Notes under the pieces: model-generated
What the model saw: only the letters and a program-made list of their open reading frames with translations
The model's database searches: none
Told to the model about the DNA's origin: nothing
NCBI GenBank assembly: GCA_026392515.1
Contig: JAPLBY010000034.1
Location: 300-64,299, forward strand
DNA: 64,000 nucleotides
From: Actinomycetota bacterium
GTDB taxonomy: Bacteria > Actinomycetota > Actinomycetes > S36-B12 > UBA5976
Direction: 5' to 3'
Translations under genes and position numbers: made by a program
Part shown: piece by piece, positions 20,004 through 28,478 of the stretch
Position numbering within the stretch: the stretch's first letter is position 1
Layout: the number at the start of each line of letters is the position of its first letter

Positions 20004-20651
20004 CTAAGGTTTTTTGATTACCTGACTGACAACAGATACAGAATTCTCACGATGTGCTGCCTGAAGTGCAATGGATTTTTCCACGTCTCTGGCCTTAAGA
20101 GCTGCCACCATCGTCCGGTGTTCTTGATTCATGTGGGCAAGATTTGCAGGTGCTGCGAAGTAAACCCCGCGGTAGGCATCAGTTGCATCCCACTGGTTCT
20201 TAATGAGTCTGACCAGCCGAGGCATGTTACTCGCCTCGAACAATGCGAAGTGGAATCTGCGGTTCGCAGCAGTAACTGCTGATACGTCTTGAGACTTAGC
20301 CGCTGCTTCCACATCATTAAGGATGTCTTCGAGGTACTCAACGTCCTCGTCGGTCAGTAGCGGAACGCCAACTCGAATTGCTTCATCTTCTAGCAAGGAG
20401 CGAATTCGATACACCTCTACTAAATCTTCAACACTCAAGTCAGCGACAAAGTATCCGCGGTGTGGGTGATACGTGACTTGACCTTCACCTTCGAGAACTT
20501 TAAGGGCTTCCCGCAACGGAACTCGACTCACGCCAAGGCTGGCAGCTAATGAATCTTGAACCACTTGCTGACCCGGTTCAAGTTGCCCAGATGCAATTAG
20601 GACTCGAAGTTCGCGAAGAACTCCTTCTTGGGCGGTTACGTTCTCGCTCAT
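20004..20651 (-). CDS. GntR-family transcriptional regulator, FadR/FCD subfamily
   Basis: N-terminal wHTH (SLAASLGVSRVPLREALKVLEGEG) and an all-helical C-terminal FCD-like domain. Confidence 0.85.
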   Translation of the reverse strand: MSENVTAQEGVLRELRVLIASGQLEPGQQVVQDSLAASLGVSRVPLREALKVLEGEGQVTYHPHRGYFVADLSVEDLVEVYRIRSLLEDEAIRVGVPLLTDEDVEYLEDILNDVEAAAKSQDVSAVTAANRRFHFALFEASNMPRLVRLIKNQWDATDAYRGVYFAAPANLAHMNQEHRTMVAALKARDVEKSIALQAAHRENSVSVVSQVIKKP

Positions 20652-21799
20652 GCTTCATCCAAACTTGGTGGGGCTACCGCATATCGAACTGGCGTTAGAG
20701 AAAACATAATTGGGTTTGCAACTTGTTTTCGTTCTTCGCCTTCTTGATTAATTGTGATGATTGGATTTAACTCCAAAGATTCAGCTAGTTCGAAGGCTTC
20801 AGAGATTGAATTGATTGGCCCACACGGCACTCCAGCATCAGAAAGCAGCTTCCACCAATGGTCTGCGCCATGCTGCGCGAACTGCTTAACCAACAGATCA
20901 TTTAGTTCGACTCGATTAGCAACTCGATCTGGGTTGGTTGCAAATTTTGGATCACCGGCAATTGCTGGGATTCCAAGTTCTTGGCACAACTTTGCAAACT
21001 GCCCATCGTTTCCAACTGCAACAACAATTGGGCGATCTGAAGTTTGATAAACCTCGTATGGACTAATTGAAGGATGAGCATTTCCTAAAATTCCAGGAAC
21101 GACGCCCCCAGAAACATATGAGCTGGCTTGATTGACCATTGCTGAAAGCAACGATGATAAAAGGTTGACTTCAATTTCCTGACCTTCGCCCGTTACATTT
21201 CGATGATTCAACGCAGCCAGTAAACCGATCGTGGCATGCATTCCAGTGATTACATCGACAAGTGCAACACCAACTTTGGTTGGTTCGCCTGGCGCAGGAC
21301 CAGTAACGCTCATCAGGCCGCCCATGGCTTGAACCAACAAGTCATAACCTGGCATCGCTGCCCCAACGCCAGATCCAAATCCAGTAATTGAACAGTAGAT
21401 AACTTCAGGCTTTAACTTCTTTACCGCCTCGTAATCCAATCCAAACTTTTCACTATTGCTCGGTGGGAAGTTATGAATGACAATGTCAGAGCGCTTAATT
21501 AGTTCATGGGCTTCAGCTAAGCCAGCCGGGTTTGTCATATCTATTGCAACTGATGTCTTGTTTCGATTTACTGACTCAAAATATGTTGCTCGCCCGGCTG
21601 CGTCATAAGGCGGGCCCCAGTGGCGAGTATCGTCGCCAACTTCTGGACGCTCAACTTTAATTACTGTGGCGCCCATGTCACCAAGCAACATAGTTGCGTA
21701 GGGACCAGCCAAAACTCGAGTGAAGTCGGCAACAACGATTCCGTCTAATGGGCCCATATGAAGATTGTATCCAATCTTGTTGGGGAGATTTGATGGCAA
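20648..21799 (-). CDS. family III CoA-transferase (CaiB/BaiF/Frc-like)
   Basis: LDGIVVADFTRVLAGPYATMLLGDMGATVIKVERP is the hallmark N-terminal region. Alternative start at MGPLDG (21757). Overlaps the downstream regulator gene by 4 nt. Confidence 0.85.
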   Translation of the reverse strand: MPSNLPNKIGYNLHMGPLDGIVVADFTRVLAGPYATMLLGDMGATVIKVERPEVGDDTRHWGPPYDAAGRATYFESVNRNKTSVAIDMTNPAGLAEAHELIKRSDIVIHNFPPSNSEKFGLDYEAVKKLKPEVIYCSITGFGSGVGAAMPGYDLLVQAMGGLMSVTGPAPGEPTKVGVALVDVITGMHATIGLLAALNHRNVTGEGQEIEVNLLSSLLSAMVNQASSYVSGGVVPGILGNAHPSISPYEVYQTSDRPIVVAVGNDGQFAKLCQELGIPAIAGDPKFATNPDRVANRVELNDLLVKQFAQHGADHWWKLLSDAGVPCGPINSISEAFELAESLELNPIITINQEGEERKQVANPIMFSLTPVRYAVAPPSLDEA

Positions 21800-21808
21800 A
21801 ACTGCCAG

Positions 21809-22597
21809 TTAAAACTCTTTTAATTCAACCGTTCTGCCACGCTCGCCAGGTTGGTCTGGCGTCGCTGGTCGTCCCTTGGTGCGAACTGTGATTCGAGTTC
21901 GATCTCCACGAAAAAGATCATGTGAGTATTCAATCTTGCGACCTTTGGTATCCATAGTCGTTCGGGTGACGGCTAGCAGTGGTGCGCCAAGTGGAACTTC
22001 AAGGATTCTGGCTTCATCCAAAGTTGCATTCACTAAGTCGATCTGTTCAACCGCTTCATCTGGCGTTGTCTCGTAGTGCTTACTTAACAATTCATATAAA
22101 GAGTTACCCAACGGGCGCTCCAACAACCCAGGAAAAAACTCTGCTGGAAATCTTGCATGTTCCAACGAGATTGGAATGCTGTCCGCAAGACGGATTCGCA
22201 CTACATCAAAAATATGTTCGCCATCAGACAGCCCGAGAGCTTGCTGTGTCTTAGAACCGGCCGGCATAACGGATGCGCTAATCAATCGAGTGCCAGCGGT
22301 AAATCCTTGACCTCTGAGCAGTGATGGCACGCCCACAATCTGTGAAAGGTCGCGGTCGATTTTTTCTGGTGAAACAAAAGTTCCGCCACCACGTCCTGGT
22401 AAGCGGCGAACTACACCCGTCTCTTCGAGCGCAGTAAGTGCAATTCGCAAAGTTGAGCGACTGACTTGATATTCAATGGCTAAGTCGCGCTCGGCCCCAA
22501 GCTTTTTCCCGGCTCGCAATTGACCTGCGCTGATTTGCGCCAAGATTCGTTGCCGAACTTCTTCAGCAGTACGACCTAAGTCTTCGTTTGCGCTCAC
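21809..22597 (-). CDS. GntR-family transcriptional regulator, HutC/UTRA subfamily
   Basis: wHTH (ERDLAIEYQVSRSTLRIALTALEETGVVRRLPGRGGGTFV) followed by a UTRA-like effector domain. Directly downstream of the BMC enzyme genes. Confidence 0.85.
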   Translation of the reverse strand: MSANEDLGRTAEEVRQRILAQISAGQLRAGKKLGAERDLAIEYQVSRSTLRIALTALEETGVVRRLPGRGGGTFVSPEKIDRDLSQIVGVPSLLRGQGFTAGTRLISASVMPAGSKTQQALGLSDGEHIFDVVRIRLADSIPISLEHARFPAEFFPGLLERPLGNSLYELLSKHYETTPDEAVEQIDLVNATLDEARILEVPLGAPLLAVTRTTMDTKGRKIEYSHDLFRGDRTRITVRTKGRPATPDQPGERGRTVELKEF

Positions 22598-22621
22598 AAC
22601 TCAACAGTAACGAGATAGCAG

Positions 22622-23404
22622 TTACATTGCTTCCAAGGCAGCAAGTGATTCCGGAAGAATTTGGCCACCATCAATTACCAAGGCTTGCCCAGTTACGTAA
22701 GCAGCTTCTTTTGTTGCAAAAAACAACGCAGCATTACCAATGTCATCAACTTCGCCTAAGCGTCCTTGCGGAACCGAAGCTTCCATTGCTTTGCGGTACT
22801 CAGGTCCCATGTCTGCAAGACCTTCGGTTGCAATGTTTCCTGGAAGTACCGCATTAACAGTGATTCCCTTTGGTGCTAACTCGATTGCGGCTGTGCGCAT
22901 GAAACCAAGTTGTGCTGCTTTGCTTGCGCCGTAATGCGACCAGCCCGGAAAACCTGTTACCGGGCCTGTGATCGATGAAGTGAGAACGATTCGACCATGA
23001 CCTGACTTTTCTAAAGCAGGCAGACAAGCCTGCACTGAAAGCATGGTGCCTTTAACATTTGTTCCAAACACTAAGTCCATGTCTGCTTCAGACATGGTCG
23101 CAAGTTTGGAATCTGGGAAAATTCCCGCGTTTGCACAAAGTACATCGATGCCGCCATTGCGTTCGATTGCGGTTTTGGCAACCATTTCGCAAGCTGATTT
23201 GCTGCTAACTTCAGCGATGACATAAGTAACGGTGCCGCCACCTAGGGCAGTCAGTTCTGCGCAGGCAGACTTAGCGCTTGCTTCATCGCGTCCTGTAATA
23301 AGAACATTTGCTCCAGCTTTTGCAAAGACTCGGGCAATACCTTTACCGATGCCTTTTGTTCCGCCAGTAACAACAACGGAATATCCACTTACTGAAGTAA
23401 ACAT
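22622..23404 (-). CDS. short-chain dehydrogenase/reductase (candidate aminoacetone reductase / 1-amino-2-propanol dehydrogenase of the BMC locus)
   Basis: TGGTKGIGKGIA cofactor motif, NAGI, and YGASKAA (YxxxK). Start set at MFTSVSG (ATG at 23404) with AGGAGA upstream. The longer ORF (to 23488) would overlap the kinase gene. Substrate assigned by locus context. Confidence 0.8.
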   Translation of the reverse strand: MFTSVSGYSVVVTGGTKGIGKGIARVFAKAGANVLITGRDEASAKSACAELTALGGGTVTYVIAEVSSKSACEMVAKTAIERNGGIDVLCANAGIFPDSKLATMSEADMDLVFGTNVKGTMLSVQACLPALEKSGHGRIVLTSSITGPVTGFPGWSHYGASKAAQLGFMRTAAIELAPKGITVNAVLPGNIATEGLADMGPEYRKAMEASVPQGRLGEVDDIGNAALFFATKEAAYVTGQALVIDGGQILPESLAALEAM

Positions 23405-23448
23405 GTTCTCTCCTAGTTTCCTAACGAGTTGTCGAAGGTTTCTTACAA

Positions 23449-24438
23449 TTATGCAAACTTTGACAGGTAGTTTTCGGCCAATTCGCAACTTACTTTGGTG
23501 AAATTGGCTCCCATTTCCTTGCCAGTATCTGTATCTTGATGCGTTCCCACCCAGGCGACGAGCAAAAGGCGTCGAAACATGATGAAAGTTGGAAGCTCTG
23601 CCTCTTCTTCCTTACTCAAATCGGCGACGCTTCGGTAACCATCTACCCAAGATGCAGTCATATCTGGAATCAAAGGGTGGTCTTCAATAAATGAAACTGA
23701 TGAACCTAGGTCATACATAAACCAACTAAAGCCGCAATCATCAAAATCAATGACTGTCACGTCTTTGTCCGCAACGAGTAAATTTGCAAGTCGCATATCG
23801 GCATGCACTAAACCAAAACGATCTTTTGATTTTCCAAATCGTTCTAGTCGAGATCCCAAAGTGTCGGAAAGCCGGCCAAGGATTTCTAATTCACTTGGTC
23901 CCATTGCAAGACCATCACGCCAAGATCCCCAGTGACCATTAGGGCCAAGTGCGGTTTCAAAATCCCAAGTAAATCTAAAGAAGTTACTCGGACGCTGCCA
24001 CTGTTTTGATTGATCATGTAGCCGAGCTGTGATCGCACCTAAAGTTTTGAAGTCATCAACAAGGCGATCTTCAGTAGGCTCAACGCCTGGCATGAATTCA
24101 AACATGACCGCATGACGCTCTTCGCCAGTTGAATCTTGCGCAGAGATAATTTGCTCACCAGATCCCGCAGGCAAAATTGCGGGAGTTCTGACAAGTTGAA
24201 CTTCGCGCAATGCTTGCACCCAATCAAGCTCACTCTGGATTGCTTGCGCAGTGTGATAAAACGGCCGATGAATTCTCAGAATCGTGTCAGTGCCGGTATT
24301 GCTATCGACAACCTTAAAAGTGGCATTCTCAGAAATGTTTAGAAGTGAAACCTCGGACTCTGGTGAATATCCAAACTTCGCAACGGCATCCCTGGCAAAC
24401 TCATGAAGCTTTGCAGGTTCGTTCGAGTACCCACTCAT
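23449..24438 (-). CDS. APH-fold (aminoglycoside phosphotransferase family) kinase, candidate 1-amino-2-propanol kinase
   Basis: 329 aa. Catalytic loop LVHADMRLANLLV (HxDxxxxN) and metal-binding IDFDDCG. Position in an RMM-type BMC locus. Confidence 0.8.
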   Translation of the reverse strand: MSGYSNEPAKLHEFARDAVAKFGYSPESEVSLLNISENATFKVVDSNTGTDTILRIHRPFYHTAQAIQSELDWVQALREVQLVRTPAILPAGSGEQIISAQDSTGEERHAVMFEFMPGVEPTEDRLVDDFKTLGAITARLHDQSKQWQRPSNFFRFTWDFETALGPNGHWGSWRDGLAMGPSELEILGRLSDTLGSRLERFGKSKDRFGLVHADMRLANLLVADKDVTVIDFDDCGFSWFMYDLGSSVSFIEDHPLIPDMTASWVDGYRSVADLSKEEEAELPTFIMFRRLLLVAWVGTHQDTDTGKEMGANFTKVSCELAENYLSKFA

Positions 24439-24512
24439 TTATCTCTCCTACCGACATCTATATTTTGGCTTAGTTACCAATATGTTTTGTCACTTTTTGG
24501 GAAGAAAAATGA

Positions 24513-25169
24513 TTAGCCTTGATCGCGACCAACTACTGCTTCAAGAGCCTGCGTAATTGCATCACGGGCCTTTGTAACACTTTCTGTTGTTCCACTCATG
24601 TATACCCGACCAGCTGCGCCGATCATTTGTACATCAACCAGCGTCACATCAGGTGCAACTTTTTCAGCTTCGTTAGCTGCAACCGTTGCAAAAAGTGCTG
24701 GTGTCATTTCGTATACCAAGAGTGATTCACCGGGCATAACCATCGAAGCTTGACGATTTCGGTTCAGAATAATTGCATGCTGATCCGTGATGTTTTCGAT
24801 GATGTCGCTGTAAAGAATCCGCGGGCGAAGTTGATCAGCTGCTGATGCGTTAATGCCATCAAGAATTGCCTGACCAGCTCGCTTCACTAACTCGATGTCG
24901 GAAGCATGTACTTCCAGAACTCCGAATTGGCGTTCTACGAACAAAATGCCAGGTTCAACTTCAGGTACCGACTTCAGCGCCAAGTCAATTACTCGCTCGA
25001 TCGCAAGCCCGGGTGCCACCTCAATGATCAACGAGTGCTGACCACCGTAAGGCGGGTAACCACGGGCTCGCGTCGGCGTGCTCATGTAAGCAGCGAATTG
25101 CTGCTGGAGCTCTTCAACAAGCAAGTAGACGCGTAGTTCGGGCCCTGCTACGAGCGGGCCCGTACTCAC
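24513..25169 (-). CDS. BMC shell protein, tandem-domain (BMC-T)
   Basis: 218 aa with two BMC-like repeats (IIEVAPGLAIERVIDLALKSVPEV..VERQFGVLEVHA and YEMTPALFATVAANEAEKVAPDV..IGAAGRVYMSG). Paralogous to 26290-26889. Confidence 0.8.
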   Translation of the reverse strand: MSTGPLVAGPELRVYLLVEELQQQFAAYMSTPTRARGYPPYGGQHSLIIEVAPGLAIERVIDLALKSVPEVEPGILFVERQFGVLEVHASDIELVKRAGQAILDGINASAADQLRPRILYSDIIENITDQHAIILNRNRQASMVMPGESLLVYEMTPALFATVAANEAEKVAPDVTLVDVQMIGAAGRVYMSGTTESVTKARDAITQALEAVVGRDQG

Positions 25170-25450
25170 GCGGAATCGCCAACTTTGAAGAACTTGTTTA
25201 GTTCTGCGTGTGGACGTGGAATTACGTGCTGTGAAACTAGTTCGCCAACTTGGTTAACTGCTTCGGCACCTGCATCAGTTGCAGCCTTAACTGCACCGAC
25301 ATCTCCCACGATGACTACAGCTACAAGGCCGTCGCCAACTTCTTCACGCGCAACAATAGTTACATTGGCTGCCTTAACCATGGCATCTGCAGCAGCTACA
25401 GCAGCTACATATCCCTTGGTCTCGATCAAGCCCAGTGCGTTGCTTGACAT
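25166..25450 (-). CDS. BMC shell protein, hexamer type (BMC-H, PduA/CcmK-like)
   Basis: 94 aa. ALGLIETKGYVAAVAAADAMVKAANV....GDVGAVKAATDAG is the canonical single BMC-domain pattern. Strong AGGAGA Shine-Dalgarno upstream. Confidence 0.93.
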   Translation of the reverse strand: MSSNALGLIETKGYVAAVAAADAMVKAANVTIVAREEVGDGLVAVVIVGDVGAVKAATDAGAEAVNQVGELVSQHVIPRPHAELNKFFKVGDSA

Positions 25451-25532
25451 AACTTTCTCCTACTTTGTGATTGCGAACGGTTGTCCGCTTTCGGGTCTTG
25501 CATTTTCTTAACCTGATTTCTCAGGCGCTGTA

Positions 25533-25802
25533 CTAGGAAGCGCTGTGCTTCCCAGAACTCTTAGTGTTCTCATCAATCGAACCGATGATGAGAGCGTCAA
25601 TTGGCGGGGTTACGTCCGGGAACCACGAGGCTGCTACCGAGCCCGTTGAAACCAAAACGCTTTCCCCAATTCCAGAACCTAAAACGTCAAAGGCAACCAA
25701 GTGTGCGCCACCCTCAACTTCGAGTTCGAGAAAGGCCCCATTGGGAATCTCGGTTAGACGACGAGTCGCCCATACATTGCCGATAACACGCGCTTTTAAC
25801 AT
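25533..25802 (-). CDS. BMC vertex protein (BMC-P, EutN/CcmL family)
   Basis: 89 aa. MLKARVIGNVWATRR..VAFDVLGSGIGESVLVSTGSVA..IDALIIGSID matches the EutN/CcmL pattern. Confidence 0.9.
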   Translation of the reverse strand: MLKARVIGNVWATRRLTEIPNGAFLELEVEGGAHLVAFDVLGSGIGESVLVSTGSVAASWFPDVTPPIDALIIGSIDENTKSSGKHSAS

Positions 25803-26290
25803 CAGCGCATCACCGATCCCTTCTGATTATCTTGTTGACTTTCTCTAATAATCGTTACTCCCAAGTCGCGCGCTTTATCGCGTGCAAGTGATGTAACGAC
25901 TACCTTCCGAGCCACGATCAAAGTTGATCCTGACTCGGCAGCTTTTCTGATTGTTGATTCGGTGACGGCACCCTTTTCAATGCGAGTGGTACCAGAATCA
26001 TGATTGCTATGGCTCGAAGTTGCATTGCCTAGCTGAAATACAAGTTCGCCTTGGCGCATAGCGTTAAGAGTTTTTGAGTCTGACGCTAGGTCAAGTACGC
26101 GATTTACAAAATTGGACACATCTGAATTGCTGCTTAGCAAAACCACTTCTATTACTTGCGCAGTTTTCGTTGGTTGTTGAGTTTGACCCGAGAGTGCTTT
26201 TGCAGCATCGCGAATACCGTCGGCTCCCCCGAGGGCATCACGTAGTGCTTCGCGCACTAGCGAGCGCAGCATTTCATTATCAGTGGACAT
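25802..26290 (-). CDS. hypothetical BMC-locus protein with N-terminal encapsulation-peptide-like amphipathic helix
   Basis: 162 aa. Residues 6-20 (EMLRSLVREALRDAL) form an amphipathic helix, followed by a G/Q/T-rich linker and a ~110-aa domain I cannot assign. It shares 1-nt start/stop overlaps with the shell genes on both sides (25802 and 26290). Confidence 0.6.
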   Translation of the reverse strand: MSTDNEMLRSLVREALRDALGGADGIRDAAKALSGQTQQPTKTAQVIEVVLLSSNSDVSNFVNRVLDLASDSKTLNAMRQGELVFQLGNATSSHSNHDSGTTRIEKGAVTESTIRKAAESGSTLIVARKVVVTSLARDKARDLGVTIIRESQQDNQKGSVMR

Positions 26291-26889
26291 TAGCGTTCAC
26301 TCAAAACTTTTTCAGCAACTTCAGCGGCTGCTCGAACGTTAGCTTCTTTGCCGGAAAGATAGACGCGACCAGTTGCACCAATCATTCGATAGTCAACGAC
26401 TTTGATGTCGGTTGCTTTCTCAGCTTCGTTGGTTGCCAAGATCGCGTATGAAGCCGGCTGGACTTCCAGGATGTAAAGAGATTCGCCCGGCAAAATCATA
26501 GATCCAACTTTGTTCCTATTAATAAGGAATGCATGCTGCTGATCAACCGATGGCACTACGCGTGATGCCAAGATTTTTGGTTTCGTCGCTTCTGCTTCAG
26601 TGGCACCTAAAGCAGCAAGTACTGCCTGACCAGCGGCGCGAACTTCTTCAGTTGGACCATGAATCTCAAGGTAACCGAAAGTTCGTTCCACAAACAAAAT
26701 TCCAGCTTGAACGTTCGCATGCTTTAGTGCAACGTCGGTAAGTGCTTCGATGTCCAGACCAGGTGCTACTTCAATTACTTGAGCAGCCATGTTTGCGCGT
26801 GGCAAAGCACCCTTAACCCATGAACCTAGGTAGCACATGGTTTGAGGTTGCATTTGGTCGATGTAGATGAACGACCGTAGCTCTGCCAT
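26290..26889 (-). CDS. BMC shell protein, tandem-domain (BMC-T), second paralog
   Basis: 199 aa. Repeats VIEVAPGLDIEALTDVALKHANV..VERTFGYLEIHG and LEVQPASYAILATNEAEKATDIKV..IGATGRVYLSG. Confidence 0.8.
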   Translation of the reverse strand: MAELRSFIYIDQMQPQTMCYLGSWVKGALPRANMAAQVIEVAPGLDIEALTDVALKHANVQAGILFVERTFGYLEIHGPTEEVRAAGQAVLAALGATEAEATKPKILASRVVPSVDQQHAFLINRNKVGSMILPGESLYILEVQPASYAILATNEAEKATDIKVVDYRMIGATGRVYLSGKEANVRAAAEVAEKVLSER

Positions 26890-26906
26890 TTGTATCTCTT
26901 CTCTGA

Positions 26907-28478
26907 TTAGTTCTTGATCAATGCGTGAAGTTCTTCGACGATCAACTTGCGGATTTCGTCTCGTAACTCAGCAACGTCTTGGGTTATCGGCTCGCGATGG
27001 TGATAGGAGTTTCCAGTTCCATAGTTTTCTTCATTGGATGCAACTGGATATGAAGGAACCGGACCGCTTGGACTCATCCATGGATTCAGGCCTGCAAAAG
27101 ATGGCATCACTTCGCGCGCATCAGCGTTGTAGGCAAGGCGCGTGTAGTTGATCAAATGCTTTGGCTGCAAATTTTCACCGACCGAAGATCGACCGGCAAA
27201 ACCAGTTCCGATAGTCATGGTTGGAGCTAAGTTCGTTTGAATTCCAGAAGCGCCAAGGCTGTTGCCGACATTTACCGAAACGCGGAGTACCGGAACTGCT
27301 GCGCTAAACGTCATGATCAATTCAGGATTTGAACTATGGATTGCAGCTGAATGTCCAGCGCCTGTAATGCGCAAGATCGCTCGAGCAATGTCGATTCCCC
27401 GAGTTGCAGTTGGTACGCGGACGAAACCTAGGACTGGGCACAATTTTTCATGAGCTAGAGGTTCTTCAGGCACCACTAGATCAAATGGTGCAACTAAAAC
27501 TCTAGTTTTGGCTGGAACTTTAATGCCCGCTTTTTCAGCAATCCAGACCGCATCCTTGCCAACCATCTTGGTGTTGAAGTGACCCTCTGGAAAAACTGCA
27601 TTACGAACGGCATCGCGCTCGTCATCCTTCAATACATATGCACCTTCGCGAGCAAAAGCCGCTAGCAACTTATCTGCGATCGCTTCTTCAGCGATTACAA
27701 CGCTTTCGTTAGTGCAAAGAATTGAGTTGTCGAATGCCTTGCTTTCAATAATTCGTGCAGCAGTCTTGGCAAGATCTGCTGTGGCATCGACTAAAACTGG
27801 AACGTTTCCAGGTCCCACACCAATTGCCGGATTTCCGCTTCGGTATGCCGATCGCACAACTGGCGTGCCACCGGTTGCAACCACGACATCGGTTCGCTCA
27901 TCAGTCATCAAAGCATTGATTAATGGAATTGAAGGGTCCTCAACAATTTGGATGATGCCATCCGGAGCTCCGGCTGCAACTGCCGCTTCAGACATTGCCT
28001 TAGCTGCTGCAACACAGACTTTCTTTGCCATTGGGTGCGGGCTAATGATGATGGAGTTACGTGTCATCAAGGCCAAGATGATTTTGAAAGAAACGGTAGC
28101 GACTGGATTAGTTGACGGGGTCAGTGCCAAGATCACGCCAGCAGGACGAGGGATCGCAACAATTTTGTTAACTTCATCTATCTCTGGTGAAACAAAATCT
28201 TGACCACGGTAAGACTCGACGATTCCGGTTGAACACGCAATATTCTTAAGAACTTTATGTTCAGCAACGCCAAAGCCAGTTTCGGATACGGCATCTCGAG
28301 CAAACTCTTGTGCTCTGGTTGCCAAGGCGGAAGCAGCCGCGTCAACAATGCGATTCACCGTTGCGATGTCGTACTTTGCGTAGGCCCGGGCAGCCCAATC
28401 AGCACGTTCCACCATTGCGCGACCACGTGGAACACCGGCTGGTTCAACCATTAACGGCTCAAAAGTCATTTCGCTCAT
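26907..28478 (-). CDS. CoA-acylating aldehyde dehydrogenase (PduP/EutE family) with C-terminal extension
   Basis: 523 aa. Catalytic-cysteine context FDNSILCTNESVVIAEE, as in EutE/PduP/AdhE-N. After the catalytic core comes a ~60-aa tail ending VAELRDEIRKLIVEELHALIKN (amphipathic helix). Confidence 0.88.
   Translation of the reverse strand: MSEMTFEPLMVEPAGVPRGRAMVERADWAARAYAKYDIATVNRIVDAAASALATRAQEFARDAVSETGFGVAEHKVLKNIACSTGIVESYRGQDFVSPEIDEVNKIVAIPRPAGVILALTPSTNPVATVSFKIILALMTRNSIIISPHPMAKKVCVAAAKAMSEAAVAAGAPDGIIQIVEDPSIPLINALMTDERTDVVVATGGTPVVRSAYRSGNPAIGVGPGNVPVLVDATADLAKTAARIIESKAFDNSILCTNESVVIAEEAIADKLLAAFAREGAYVLKDDERDAVRNAVFPEGHFNTKMVGKDAVWIAEKAGIKVPAKTRVLVAPFDLVVPEEPLAHEKLCPVLGFVRVPTATRGIDIARAILRITGAGHSAAIHSSNPELIMTFSAAVPVLRVSVNVGNSLGASGIQTNLAPTMTIGTGFAGRSSVGENLQPKHLINYTRLAYNADAREVMPSFAGLNPWMSPSGPVPSYPVASNEENYGTGNSYHHREPITQDVAELRDEIRKLIVEELHALIKN

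Noticed and set aside
23405-23488. 28-codon N-terminal extension of the SDR ORF (MRIGRKLPVKVCIIVRNLRQLVRKLGEN).
   Set aside because: It overlaps the 3' end of the kinase gene and precedes a strong AGGAGA-ATG start at 23404. SDRs begin close to the TGxxxGxG motif.
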